A stretch of DNA of 63,477 bases, filler included, from Reticulomyxa filosa (GCA_000512085.1; 23 parts of 23 records of this genome joined end to end with filler, not necessarily neighbours in it), one strand, 5' to 3'; shown: positions 24,833-37,448, numbered from the whole stretch's first letter. The notes: generated by a model not told the origin, from the letters alone. Numbers and translations: made by a program.

Positions 24833-24994
24833 ATTCGTAGTCATCGTGAGAAAAAGCTGTAAGCAACTAATTGCACTATTTTTTTTTTTTAAAANNNNNN
24901 NNNNNNNNNNNNNNNNNNNNNNNNNNNNNNNNNNNNNNTTAATTAATTAANNNNNNNNNNNNNNNNNNNNNNNNNNNNNNNNNNNNNNNNNNNN

Positions 24995-26071
24995 ACGGGC
25001 TTGCCAGCGACGGGCTTGCCAGCGACAGGCTTGCCGTTCCCGCAAGCGGTGTTGGGACTAAGTCCAGATGCTGGTGTGTATGCACAGAGGATGATTGGCA
25101 ATCGCCCGATGGCCACGGACGTGCCCTCGATGGCCCCAAATCTGGCCAATCGCAGCAACACGTACGTGGCGAAGAACAAAGCGATACAGGATGACTTTGA
25201 CAATTTCATTGGCTTTGCGGGTAACGAGTCCATCAATTTCCCGAAAAAGTCGGTGTCGAGTAATAATCAAGAAGAGCTACCGCGGCATTTGCAACAGCAA
25301 CAACAACAACATGACTATCAAAGCGAATCATTCGTGCCGTTTTCTCCACCGGATAATAGCGGAGTAGTGGTGGCTGGACTGCTGCCGATACCAAGGCCTT
25401 TGGACGCGCACGACAGACAAGAAAGTAATATCGGGGTGGTGCCGTTCCATGAACAACTGATCCACAACGAATACAACCAATCGGAAGATGAATACGTCGA
25501 CGCTCCGATGGAACTGCTGCACATGCTGGACGCCAAACAAGCGAATAAGGGCGAAGGCCATCACAACGGCAACAACAACAACAACAACAACAATAACAAC
25601 AGTAGCAATATCAGCGCGAATATCACTAACACCAGTATTAATACCAATACCAATACCAATGCCAACATCAGCACCAATGCCAATGTCAATATCAATATTA
25701 ATGCCAGCGGCAGCAGTAATAGCAATAATAGCAATAGCAGCCATCATGCCACGCCACTCAATACCTTGAACTCGTCGCGCACAAGTCTGGATGCGCTCAC
25801 ACAGATTTCCAATGTCACCAAGTCGCAATCCAAAACCAGGGATCGAAACTCAGTTAAAAGAAAGCAAAAACACAAACAGAAGCAAAAGCAAATGCAAAAA
25901 AAGGGAAGAGGAGATGACAACGATGACGACGATGGCAATGATGATAACAATGAAGAGGAGGAAACGGACTCAGAAAACGAGAGGGGACGCAATAGTAACG
26001 ATGACGACGACGGCAATGATGATAACAATGAGGAGGAGTATGACGACGATAATAATAACAGTAACAATAAC

Positions 26072-26103
<32 letters not shown>

Positions 26104-26510
26104 CAATAATAGCAATACCAACGAGAGAACTAATAACAACATTAATAGTAATAATAGTAACAATAATAATAACAATAGCAATAGTAATGATAGCATAAGC
26201 CGCAGAGCGGCTCATTCTTCGCATAGTGCGATTCATTCGTTTCTAGTCGGAGAAATTGTGAACTGCAATTTAGACCTGACAAATGACGGGAAGGGCCTGT
26301 CGAAACAAAAGTGCAAGATCAATCGAATTGTGTCGCCCAGCCAAGTGGAAGTGTCACTCTTAAGCGACGAAGGTAAACGCTTCCTTGTGAACGTGGAACA
26401 AATTCGTCCGTTTGTCACCGCTATGGACACACTCCAGTCGTTGCACGAAACCGAGTCGATTGCGACCAACGACGATTCGAATGACTCCGAAACCCAGGAA
26501 CAGCAACAGC

Positions 26511-26550
<40 letters not shown>

Positions 26551-27847
26551 GCAACAACGACAACAATCTTATCACAATAAAAAAATTGGCTCCACCGCTT
26601 CGTCCACCACAGCTCTAAGCACGATTGGCGGTGTGATCGGAAGTGGAAGCAGCCGCAGAGATTTGGAGCCAATAACGAAGCATGTACACGATTTCGCCAA
26701 AGTGTTGTGGGAGCATCGCCATCAAATTTCAGTGTCCGAATTGAGAGATTCATCGGGTGCAATTAGTTTCGGGTTTTCCGGGAAAGATATGGCAAATTAC
26801 ATATCCAGTTACCTCCAGCCTCAGTTGCAGTTGCTTTACCAGTATTTGAAAGAAAGCAAGCCCGACTATGTGAACAATAGTAACAGCAGCAACAATAGCA
26901 ACAACAGCGCTTCCAGTGTTCACGATAACGACACGATGAGCATCGATGATGACGTGCAGTTGGAACAGAATTTATTAAAGACTCAAGTCTGTGACGTTTG
27001 TCAAAAGCTGTTGTATTATGCCTACATTCAGCCCTCGACGTACCAACACCAATCCGAATTTGTAGCTTCGCGCTCGCATTTGTATCAAATTGCATTCGCA
27101 AAGCATCGCGAGTTCGTATTGGAAAAAGAGCCCGATCGAATGGCTTGGCGGGAGCAAACCAACATCTTGGTGTTTTCCCACACCGAAGGCGGTCGATGGG
27201 TCAACGGGTCGATTGTTCAAATGAAAGGAGAAGAGGTAACAGTCAATTATGGAGAAACTCAACCCATGCAAAAAGTCGTGGATCGCTGCGACGACAGCTT
27301 AAAGTCTTCGCAAGACTTTGTTGCCGTTCGAATGCAATGGATCAAAGGCAGTGCTGTGGAGGTCTATTCTGTTGGCACAAAGCGATGGTGGTCCGGCGAA
27401 ATACAAGTTGTTGTCAAAGAGAATGCTCATAAAAAAGTCGATCAATTCCAAGTCTATTTCACCATTGACGATCCTGTTCCGAAAAAACTCACAAAGTGGC
27501 TCCCTCGTTGGTCGCCTGATTTGCGTCCTCCTGTTCCAATGTCCGAGGAGTTGAAAAAATTCCCCAAAGGCACCAAAGTCCTCGTTTTTAGCTCTCGGCA
27601 GAACAAATACCTTGAAGGTGAAGTTGTCTATGTTTTGCCGGAATATGATGCTGTCAAAGTCACGTATGGAAATGGAGAATATTCTAAATCGGTCCCGATC
27701 AGTTCTGGAACTGTCAAATTGTTAGACAAACATGCCGACGATATATCCACCCCTGTCCCTACCATAAGTCATAATCCTGCCACGCCTCTCTCTGTTGACG
27801 AGGAAAACACACTTGAAATAAATCCTGAGCCATCTACCCATTTGTGA
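24995..27847 (+). CDS. Low-complexity (N/Q/D-rich) protein with about four SH3-fold Tudor/Agenet-like domains, 5'-truncated
   Basis: Open frame of about 950 codons. Repeated modules FLVGEIVNC..IRP, WREQTNILVFS..WVNGSIV..VTVNY, WIKGSAVEVYS..WWSGEI and FPKGTKVLVFS..YLEGEV..VKVTY. Confidence 0.75.
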
Positions 27848-28837
27848 TTAATTTCACAAACAAACATTTCTGAACATAAAGATAAATTAATTATAGAGGC
27901 TTGTGCACATGTTGTCCGACATTTATTACAATTGGAAGGAAAAAAACATAGTCTTTTCTTTTTAATTTTTTTTTTTCTTTTTGGTGATCATTGTTTGTTT
28001 TTATAAAATTAGAGAAATTCCAAATCAATAATAGAAAAAAACTTTTGCGTGTGTTCTTTATTTTTTCTCAGTTGGATTCAACAAAAGTAAGCACAAAAAC
28101 GAGGACTGGACAGGTGTTTGTAGTTGTTTTTTTTTTGTGTAGTTTTTGCTTTCTTTTTTTCCCCGCTTTTTTTTTTCTTTTTTTTATGTCACTGAAGAGT
28201 TATATTTGTTTTGTTCATCCTCTTTAACACCTTTGTGGATGAACCATTGTTTCGCTTTATTTGTGAAAATGTAATGGAACATAAAGATGAAATTTTTTCT
28301 CTTCCTCTCTTCATAACGAGGAATAAAAGTCTAAATTAACCAGAACAACTCTAAATCGGTCAGGAGAGGCAACAACCTCAATAATGGGTAACAAACACCA
28401 AACACTCATAGTATCAATTGTTAGAAAGAAAGACATTCACATCAAATACACAGTAGCGCTAGCCACTTTAAGTAGCAAATCGCTTTTGGATACCTGTGAT
28501 AAAAAAAAGTATTTCATACACAAACAACCAATAAACTTATTTATCTGTTTTTTTAATAGAAAAAATGCTCAAACCATAAAATTGCTGTCAACACTTTGTT
28601 GAAAGTGCCAAAGAACAAAAAACGTTTTAAAAACATGCATACAAAGACAATGAAAAAAACGAAATTTCTGTTGGGCTTGCTCAGTGAAGACCAGAAAAAA
28701 TCTAAGAAAGAAATCTGCAAAAAGAAAAAAAAAACAACAAAACATTTTCACTTTTTAATAAACATAAAAAAAAAGAAAATAATTGTAATCCGTAAGAATA
28801 AAGAGTCAAGAAAAAGAGTGAATTTGATAACAGCATT

Positions 28838-30120
28838 TCACTGGCTAGCAAATTGTGCATTTCCTCGAGGATTCTCAAAAATGGACTCCAATTTACCGTC
28901 AAAAGAATGCTTTGTAGTGATTGTGAAAGGTCCGTTGCTAGAATTGGACAACGAATTGGTGAGAATAGGTAGGTCAGTTGTAGTGGCGAGAGAGGGAACA
29001 GGAGCTTTTTGTAAAATATCTACTTCATTTGGACTGTGCGTATGCGTAACAGTTTGACTATCGTGTCGAGTTCCCGAGGTAGTGATTGCAAAATAATTGG
29101 ATGGCTGTGATAACGTATCCGTGGAAAATGAGTCCAAACGTACGTTATTTTTGGTATGAATATGCATAGGCCGATGTTTGCTTGTTTCATCGCTTTTTTT
29201 TTGGGAACCTCAATCTCATTACTTTTATTAATATATTCACTCATATTATCATCATTTCCATCGATATCAGTATCACCTTTACTCATGATCATTCGACGCT
29301 GAGTCTGAGTGACATACCAATTATAGACACGGTCGTTCAAGTACCAACATACCATTTTGTAATGTCTTTGTGCAAACGGAAACTGCAGATACAAGCATAT
29401 TACCACCGCCAATGACTCTACTTGCTCCATTGCGCTGATCACACACAATATCACCCAATTTATTGAAAACTGATGCTCCGACACCGTCATTGTTTCAGTG
29501 TCCGAGTCAAAAGAACGATGACAAAGTATCCCAACACTCCATAAAATCCCAAACATAAATGCTGGCGTTGTTAGCACCGTATGCTTGGTCACTGTTCGAA
29601 CTAATTGTTGTTGGTGACGATTTAACTTCCGACTTTTGCTACTCGTATTGTTCGCACTCATCTAATACAAAATACGTATACAAATATCCCCCCCGCCAAA
29701 AAAAACTATATACATATATATATATTATACGTATTAAAAAAAAAAAAAAAAACTTTTAATTAGTATGATATGCATATATATCACCAGGAAGGGAAAAAAA
29801 AATATATATATACATATATATGTACATGTATACATATGCATATGTTTCGTACATGCATGGTGCACACCTCCTGTAGTCGTTGTACAAACTCTTTCGTAAG
29901 TAAGCAAGAAAATACAATTTCGGCTACAATTATAACCGGAGTTACTGCAAAGATTGCAAAGTTTTGAGGATTCCATATGTGGAGCCAATACAACACTGGA
30001 TTGCACAGTACATACCACGTCAGGTCTGCACTTAGAAACAGTTTAATGCGACGCCTCATTGGCTCGGTTATTTCCATCAGCGTATTGCGAAATGTAAAAT
30101 CCAACCGCCAACTCCATATA
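28838..30120 (-). CDS. Serpentine (7TM, GPCR-like) membrane protein, C-terminal half
   Basis: Successive hydrophobic helices, loop QQLVRTVTKHTVL, last TM AVVICLYLQFPFAQRHYKMVC, Ser/Thr-rich tail. Intron about 29670-29870; frameshift in the homopolymer run near 29200. Confidence 0.6.
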
Positions 30121-30277
30121 CTTCATTTATTTATTTTTCTTTTTTTTATTTTTTTTTGGGAGGAGGGGAGGGAGGAANNNNNNNNNNNNNNNNNNNNNNN
30201 NNNNNNNNNNNNNNNNNNNNNTTAATTAATTAANNNNNNNNNNNNNNNNNNNNNNNNNNNNNNNNNNNNNNNNNNNN

Positions 30278-30650
30278 TACTCAGTTTCTTTCTTTTGGTT
30301 CTTGATTTCTTGGTAAGATGACGTAGAGGAATTGATTCTGGAGTTGTTTTTTTTTTAAGTTTTTTTGAACGGAGGAATTTTTATTTTGGTCAACTCTAAT
30401 TTTTTTTTTAGTACAAAAATTACACCATTTGAAAAAAATTCATTTCAAAAGTTGTTTTTGTTATTAAAATTAAAAAAGATAATATATTCTAATTACTGAA
30501 ATCATGTGATAAGATAAAACATTTATTGTTGAAGATGAAAGTAAAAATAAATTTTATTTGTAAATTTCACGCAAAAAACGAATATAGCATATTTGTTCTT
30601 ATTCTAATAGTTTTTTTTCTTACTTGGTTTCTCCATACAAAAAGGGGAAG
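30278..30650. repeat. Dispersed non-coding block homologous to 9345-9630 (region between the divergent TRAF-like and WD40 genes)
   Basis: Shared collinear strings: ctcagtttctt(c/t)cttttggttcttg; aaaagataatatattcta; atttattgtt(a/g)aagatgaaagtaaaaa; ttttatttgtaaatttca; ttacttggtt..ccata..aaaggggaa. Confidence 0.88.
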
Positions 30651-31764
30651 ACTTTAGGACTTTTATACTCAAACAATTTAAAAGTTCAATTGCAAAAAAG
30701 GATTAAAAGTAAAAAAACTTGCTGGCAGTATAGCCTTGATTATTTTTCTTTTTTAAAGAATAAAACGATAATGCTACATCATGTAAGACTGTGAAAAGAA
30801 AAACTGTAGTTTTCTAGAAACCCATATTCAAGATTATCATGTCAACATATTGTATGAAATATTCAATCCACTATATTCAGTGTAATATTTTCTTGCGATA
30901 GTCTCACCAAAGTACAAATTGATTTTATTTATATCTGAAGAAAGAGATTGCTTTACTACACAATCAAGATTTTCTCCTGTGAAATGATAAAGATAATAAG
31001 TGCAATTGTGCGAAGGAGGGATCTATGAAATGAATTTATCATCAGATGGTTTAGAGAATAACAAAATCTGAAATCTTTGCTAATTATTTATCTAATTTTA
31101 TATCCCATAAATCACTGCTTTATCATCAAATGAAAATATAACCATTTGATCAATGGTAGAATATTGCACATGAATAGTATTACTTATCACCTTAAAAAAA
31201 TATTGTATGCAAAATGTTACATATTTACTAACTTTTTTTATTAGAAGCTTCACATTGAGTTAATTTGGCATTACTCCCTTTCAATGATTTAATTTGTCTT
31301 CATCCTGCATTACTTCTTGAATATTGACAATTGTCATGTAATTGAATTGGACAAGGGTTATTTGTGATTTTTAACAAATAATTTCTAAAATAAGTCTGCA
31401 AATACTTAATATGAAATAAAATTATAAAACTCCGCATTTCCTTTTTGTCTTAAAGATTCAATTACCATCTGTTTTGTTTCATATGCTTCCTTCCTTTTCT
31501 AAGAAAATAGTTCACGTGAATAATGCGATCAATAGTAGAAACAGTCAAAAAAAAAAATTATTTCATAACAATGAAATTAAATGATATTTTCCTTTTTCCT
31601 TTTTATTTAGATTCAAAAGAGTATCGATCTATAACTATCCAAAATTGCATCCAATAGAATATATAAAGAGACTCTAGACAAACGAAATGACAAAACATAA
31701 TTGAACAAAAGAAAATAAATCAATGGATATAAATATTGTTTAATTTAATGACAGAACATTGTTT

Positions 31765-31930
31765 GAGAAAAGTAATTTCCATATACAAGAGCCTTTTATT
31801 GTTATATCCAAATTCAAAAAACAAACAATTGATTACTTGAAGAGACAATAGAAAATGCTATTAAATATTTGTTACAAAAAGCTATTTTTTTCTTTTAAAA
31901 TGAAAATTATAAATTTGTTGAATTATATGA
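31765..31930. repeat. Dispersed block homologous, in reverse complement, to 61560-61810
   Basis: Shared strings: gaaaagtaat; ttgttat(a/g)tccaaattcaaaa; acttgaagagacaatagaaaat; ttgttacaaaaa; aaaatgaaaat(t/c)at(a/g)aatttgttgaattatat. Confidence 0.85.
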
Positions 31931-32304
31931 CAAGAGATTTCAAATAGATTNNNNNNNNNNNNNNNNNNNNNNNNNNNNNNNNNNNNNNNNNNNNTTAATT
32001 AATTAANNNNNNNNNNNNNNNNNNNNNNNNNNNNNNNNNNNNNNNNNNNNCCTATGAATGACCTTTGCTTCCTGCCTTGGATCTCTTATCTCATTAAAAT
32101 AGTTTATAAAACTCTTATTGCTTGATGGCATATAACCTCTCTTTTGGTTTATACCTCTATGCTTCTACTTTCCTCTCTTTTTCTCAACTATTTTGTATTT
32201 ATTTCATCCGATCGCCCTGGGTTTGATATACTTACTAAGGAATTGCATTTAAAATTTTGATTCTAAGTTGCTGAATTTTGGTATATTAAATTAGTAAAAT
32301 ATAA

Positions 32305-32929
32305 TTGATTACACCAATGGGAATTTCAGGTGGTAAATACAAAAATCGTAAACTAATCACCAAGCTTAGAAATCTGAATGTTGTTGTCATAAGACCGACT
32401 ACTGAAAAGATCAGGGCAGCAATTTTTAATACTATAAATAGCACTCCATATCTAGATGAAGGATTTCTAAATAATGCTATTGTTTTAGATTTGTTTTGTG
32501 GTAGTGGTGCTTTAGGGATTGAAGCTATTTCTCGAGGTGCTAAATCAGTTACTTTTGTTGATATAATGGCTTCTCACATCATGGCTTCTCACATCAATTT
32601 GGTCAAAAAGAATTTAGAATTTATAAATGAGCTGACTAATAACTCGAGCTGACTAATAACTCATTTATCATTGCTGATTCTTCTAACTTAGGAAGAACTG
32701 ATAAAAATATAATTTAATTTTTATTGATCTACCTTATCAGCATGGAAACTTGATTACAAAATCCCTACAAGCATTAGTTAAAGGTAATTGGATAGATAAT
32801 AATAATTTAATTATCATTGAGTGCGCGAAAAAAGATAAAATTGAAATACCTGCCGAATTTGAAATCATATCCAACAGAATATATGGTATATCAGCATTAA
32901 TGCTCTGTAAGTTTGTTAATAAAAATTAA
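32305..32929 (+). pseudogene. rsmD: 16S rRNA m2G966 methyltransferase RsmD, disrupted (bacterial)
   Basis: GISGGKYKNRKL..IRPTTEKIRAAIFN..VLDLFCGSGALGIEAISRGAKSVTFVD. A 17-bp duplication causes the stop at 32652. The remainder NLIFIDLPY..IIIE..RIYG ends at TAA 32929. Confidence 0.9.
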
Positions 32930-33008
32930 ATAAATTTTAAAAATACTTTGTTTTATACACTGGGTTATGATATAAAGCCCCCTAAGTTTAGTGGATTAAT
33001 GCTATTAA

Positions 33009-33084
33009 GATCCCGTAGCTCAGCTGGTAGAGCAACTGACTTTTAATCAGTAGGTCACGCGTTCAAATCGCGTCGGGATCACCA
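33009..33084 (+). tRNA. tRNA-Lys (anticodon UUU), bacterial, CCA encoded
   Basis: Acceptor stem GATCCCG/CGGGATC, D-arm AGCTCAGCTGGTAGAGC, anticodon arm ACTGA-CTTTTAA-TCAGT, T-loop GTTCAAATC, terminal ACCA; 76 nt. Confidence 0.97.
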
Positions 33085-33211
33085 TTTCCAAAATAGCAAA
33101 TTGAAGTTAATTGGTTATAATTAACTATAAATAACGTAAACTATATATTTCTATTTTTTTTTATTACATTCTTCCCTATAATATCTCTGTAAACTAAAGA
33201 ACGATAAGTCG

Positions 33212-34453
33212 ATGGTAGCTTTAAATGAAATCAAAAGGCATAAAACCTATAAAGTACAGGTAGGAAATATTGCGGTTGGTGGTGATGCACCAATTATTGT
33301 ACAATCTATGACCAATACCGATACTGCCGATGTGAATTCTACTGCAGAACAAATTATCAGCTTATTCAATGCAGGTTCTGAAATTGTGCGGATTACCGTC
33401 AATAATGACGATGCAGCTAAAGCTGTACCGCATATTAGAGATATTATCACTAAAAAAGGATATACAATTCCGCTTGTTGGATGCTTTCATTATAATGGAC
33501 ATATTTTTTTGACTAAATATCCAGCTTTGTGTGAAGCTTTAGATAAATATAGAATTAATCCTGGAAATGTTGGTTTTGGTGAGAAGCGTGACAAACAATT
33601 CGATATCATGGTTGAACGCGCTATTGAATATAATAAACCGATAAGAATTGGAGTTAATTGGGGAAGCTTGGATCAAGATCTTGCAACTAAGTTAATGGAT
33701 GATAACGCTAAATCAAATAATCCTCAACCATCTGATAATATTATGCGCGAGGCATTAATTCTTTCAACTTTAACTAGCGCTAAAAGAGCTGAAGAACTAG
33801 GTCTTGCTCCGGATCGAATAATACTTTCAACTAAAGTTAGTAGAGTTCAAGATTTAATTTCAGTCTATCTAGAATTAGCCAAGCGCAGTAATTATGCTTT
33901 GCACCTTGGTTTAACTGAAGCAGGTATCGGAAGTAAAGGAATAGTGGCTACTGCAAGTGCTCTTGGAATATTATTAAATCAAGGTATAGGTGATACAATT
34001 AGAGCATCGTTAACGCCTAGACCAGGTGAACCAAGAGAAACAGAAGTAATAGTTTGCCAAGAAGTATTGCAAACTTTAGGGATAAGAAATTTTGCACCGT
34101 TAGTTAGTTCCTGTCCAGGCTGCGGTAGGACTACCAGTACATATTTTCAAGAACTTGCTGAAAAAATTCAAAATTACATAAGATCTAATATGCCAATTTG
34201 GAAAGTTAACTATAAAGGAGTTGAGAGTCTTAATGTTGCAGTAATGGGTTGTATAGTTAATGGACCTGGCGAAAGCAAACATGCTGATATAGGAATCAGC
34301 CTTCCTGGTACAGGTGAAACACCTGTGGCTCCAGTCTTTATTGATGGACAAAAAGCTTATACTTTAAGAGGTGATAAGATTGCAGAAGAATTCCAAGAGA
34401 TATTAATAGGATATATTGAAAAGAGATTTAAGCATGATAAGAAAGTTGCATAG
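33212..34453 (+). CDS. ispG: (E)-4-hydroxy-3-methylbut-2-enyl-diphosphate synthase (MEP pathway)
   Basis: [72 protein letters not shown]. Intact, intronless, 413 aa. Confidence 0.98.
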   Translation: MVALNEIKRHKTYKVQVGNIAVGGDAPIIVQSMTNTDTADVNSTAEQIISLFNAGSEIVRITVNNDDAAKAVPHIRDIITKKGYTIPLVGCFHYNGHIFLTKYPALCEALDKYRINPGNVGFGEKRDKQFDIMVERAIEYNKPIRIGVNWGSLDQDLATKLMDDNAKSNNPQPSDNIMREALILSTLTSAKRAEELGLAPDRIILSTKVSRVQDLISVYLELAKRSNYALHLGLTEAGIGSKGIVATASALGILLNQGIGDTIRASLTPRPGEPRETEVIVCQEVLQTLGIRNFAPLVSSCPGCGRTTSTYFQELAEKIQNYIRSNMPIWKVNYKGVESLNVAVMGCIVNGPGESKHADIGISLPGTGETPVAPVFIDGQKAYTLRGDKIAEEFQEILIGYIEKRFKHDKKVA

Positions 34454-35231
34454 TCCATTAATTTTTATTTTTTGTATAGTATTTAGTTTTGAAGTTTTGG
34501 CGACTACCCAAAATCTGAAAAACGAAGTGTTTAAATCTATAAAAAATTTCAAATTTGCAAATAATAAAGAGCGTTTAGTAGTTTATAATTTAATGCAAAA
34601 GCTTTCTAATGAAAGCCATGTTGTACTATTAGGCAAAGATGAAGAGTTGAGACCAAAAACAGTGTTTTTACAAGCATTGATAGAATATAGTATTGTTAAA
34701 GGGTTGCAAAATAAGGATTTTGTTAATGCCGTATTGGTCATTCATACTCCAATGCCACCAATTCCCCTTAGAATTACAGGCAATACTGTTCCGCCAGGAA
34801 TCGTTCCCTTACACTATAAAGATAATGATAGAGTTATCCACGATATACTCTTTAGAAATAATAATTTAATTAATTTGTTAAAAAACAACGCTACGATTTT
34901 AAGTGTTTATTTATCTTCTACGCAGAAGACTAAAATAATTGGATATGAAAATTTTACTAGCCTGTTAAGTCAATATAAAAACTTAGTCGATAAAACCATT
35001 AAGGAATTAAAACCTGAATATGTAGGTGCGACTTATATTGTAAAAGATAAATGGGGAAATTTAACCGCATTTTGTATTAAAGCAACGCAAGTAACAAATG
35101 AAAAAATAGATATTCAACAATGGGAATTGTGGTTCAGTAGCATTAAAAATAAAATTGTATCTAAACGTATAGTCAAGATTGATAGTTTCTTAAAAGCTAA
35201 TGATGTTGATATATATAAGTATCTTGAATAA
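34434..35231 (+). CDS. Hypothetical bacterial protein with a putative signal peptide
   Basis: The ORF overlaps the end of isp[24 protein letters not shown] is a basic, hydrophobic, VLA signal-like N-terminus. Confidence 0.7.
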   Translation: MIRKLHSPLIFIFCIVFSFEVLATTQNLKNEVFKSIKNFKFANNKERLVVYNLMQKLSNESHVVLLGKDEELRPKTVFLQALIEYSIVKGLQNKDFVNAVLVIHTPMPPIPLRITGNTVPPGIVPLHYKDNDRVIHDILFRNNNLINLLKNNATILSVYLSSTQKTKIIGYENFTSLLSQYKNLVDKTIKELKPEYVGATYIVKDKWGNLTAFCIKATQVTNEKIDIQQWELWFSSIKNKIVSKRIVKIDSFLKANDVDIYKYLE

Positions 35232-35322
35232 ATTCAAATTTTGAAATGGGAGCGTTTAAAGAACCATACGCGTCAAGTTAAGGAGAAGAAAGGAATTAGA
35301 ATGGCCTATATCAGGCAAATAA

Positions 35323-35363
35323 TATAAGTTCTCTTAGGTAACTAACTAATAAGAGAACTTATA
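35323..35363. terminator. Perfect 14-bp inverted repeat (possible terminator or palindromic element)
   Basis: TATAAGTTCTCTTA (35323-35336), 13-nt loop, TAAGAGAACTTATA (35350-35363). No clear U-tract. Confidence 0.4.
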
Positions 35364-35473
35364 AATGAGAAACNNNNNNNNNNNNNNNNNNNNNNNNNNN
35401 NNNNNNNNNNNNNNNNNTTAATTAATTAANNNNNNNNNNNNNNNNNNNNNNNNNNNNNNNNNNNNNNNNNNNN

Positions 35474-36986
35474 AAAAATAAAGTTATTGCGACTTATGCA
35501 ATGCAACGAGAGTACGAAATTCGTCCGCCTTTGGAAATGTCTGCTCATGGCATTATTAACTTGACTGGCTCATTGTTTGGTGTTTATCCGATCACCGGTG
35601 TCATCACACACCCTCCTGTTGCTGGTATTTGTTCATTTTGTTTATCTATTGATTTGTGAATTATCTTATTTTATTTCGTGTATTTTGTCTTTGTTCGTGA
35701 ATATTCTTTGCATGTTTTTATTTTGAACCTTTTTTTTTTTTTTTTTTATACGTTTGGATTTACGGTGGGGATTGGGCGGGGATTGGGTGGGGATGATGAC
35801 CTTAGATGAAGCGGGTGTAAATAGTCTGCTGTACAATTGGATTTGTGCGGCAATTATAATTATTGTAATGATATTAATAAGTGTATTACCGAGTCTAATC
35901 TTTTGGCTTCCACGAAGTGTTTTGGCGGGCATTGTGTTGTATGCGTGTATTGGCATGTTTCCTTCAGCAAAGATGAAAGAAATCTTCCTAATTGACACCA
36001 AAGACAGCTATATCGTAATGATTACCTTTCTGTGCACCGTGTTTTGGGGCCTCTTTGAAGGTCTTGGGGTCGGCATCGGTTTGTCAATTGTGTTGCTAGT
36101 GCAAAGGTCCAGTAAACCCCATTGCGCTCTGGTGGGCAGATTGATCGACTCGTTCATGTATGGGAGCATCACTACATTCCCTGATGCTGTGGTCGTGAGT
36201 GGCGTTGTGGCATTTCGTTTCGATGGTGCGCTATTCTTTGCCACAACCTCGTACCTGAAAAGTGCGGTGCAAGTGCTGATCGAAAGACATCGCCGTCGTG
36301 GGATACTATTGTACTTTTTCATTTTGGATTGCCAAGCTATTAACGATATCGACAGCAGTGGCGTGTTGGCGTTGGATACAATCTACAAATATTTGAATAC
36401 CAATTCCATTGTTCTACTTTTGACAGGTGTAAAATATCCTGTCATGAAATTACTTAAACGAAGTCATTTGAGCAAATTGATTGGCGAAGATCACGTTTTC
36501 GCGGATGTTCACCAAGCTTATACGTACATTTATGCTCGTGTCCGATTAATGAAGGGAGAATCCATTGCCGATATGCCCAACGATTACATTGACGACAAAA
36601 ATGTCAACCATATCAAGTTTCGGTCACATCAAACAATACTTGTATTTGTATACACTAAAAAACATAAATACGTATACATATTCTTATTCACAACAATAAT
36701 TCATTTTCATTTTGTATCATTGCCCAAAAAAAAAAAAAAACACAACAGTTTTATTGGCTTAGAAGCCAAAACCTTCACAACTCCCCTGAATGAAAACGAA
36801 AAAGCCAGCATTGCAAAATTTTGTCACAATCATAGTTTGGAAAAGGAGCGAAAAGGCTTTCAGCTAAATGCCAATCGATTACGATTCAGCTTTGCTCCCA
36901 AAATGTCTTCTCATGATCCACGGCCACGAACAAAGTCGGCTCTTCAAAACGACTCCAGTGTGCAGACTGCTGCGTTTACAGAATAA
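35474..36986 (+). CDS. SulP/SLC26 anion transporter with STAS domain, 5'-truncated
   Basis: LPRSVLAGIV..TFLCTVFWGLFEGLGVGIGLS..SSKPHCALVGRL..FRFDGALFFA..ILDCQAINDIDSSG..LTGVKYPV. Confidence 0.9.
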
Positions 36987-37448
36987 ATATCGTTGGCATA
37001 ATTCGATTTTAGTTGTTCCGTTGATGGGCATAATCAGCTCAAATAAAGTACACATTTTTTTTTATAAAAGAAAGGCAAAAGTGTACTGTTTCCCATGTAG
37101 GCGCGCAAGACAACTCCTCTAAACTATTTTGAAATGATGCCATCGATTTTTTCTTTCATTTATTTTTTTTCATATAAATATTCCGCAATTTGCAATTGCG
37201 ATAGCGTTGGTTGTTTTGTATTATTATTACATTTTATTGAACAATTTTTCTTTTGACAAAATATTCTAAAAAAGGTAAGACACAACAAACAACGGAAAAC
37301 TTTACGCATGGGCCCAACTTGTAACTGTTGGTCTTCTGATGTTTTTTTCTATCAAAAGTTTTAAAGGAAAGGGGCGTTACAGTAAAATTGAGTTTTTCTT
37401 TGTCTTTGTATAGTATTGACACGTTGAAAAGAGAGCCTCGTTGTGGTA

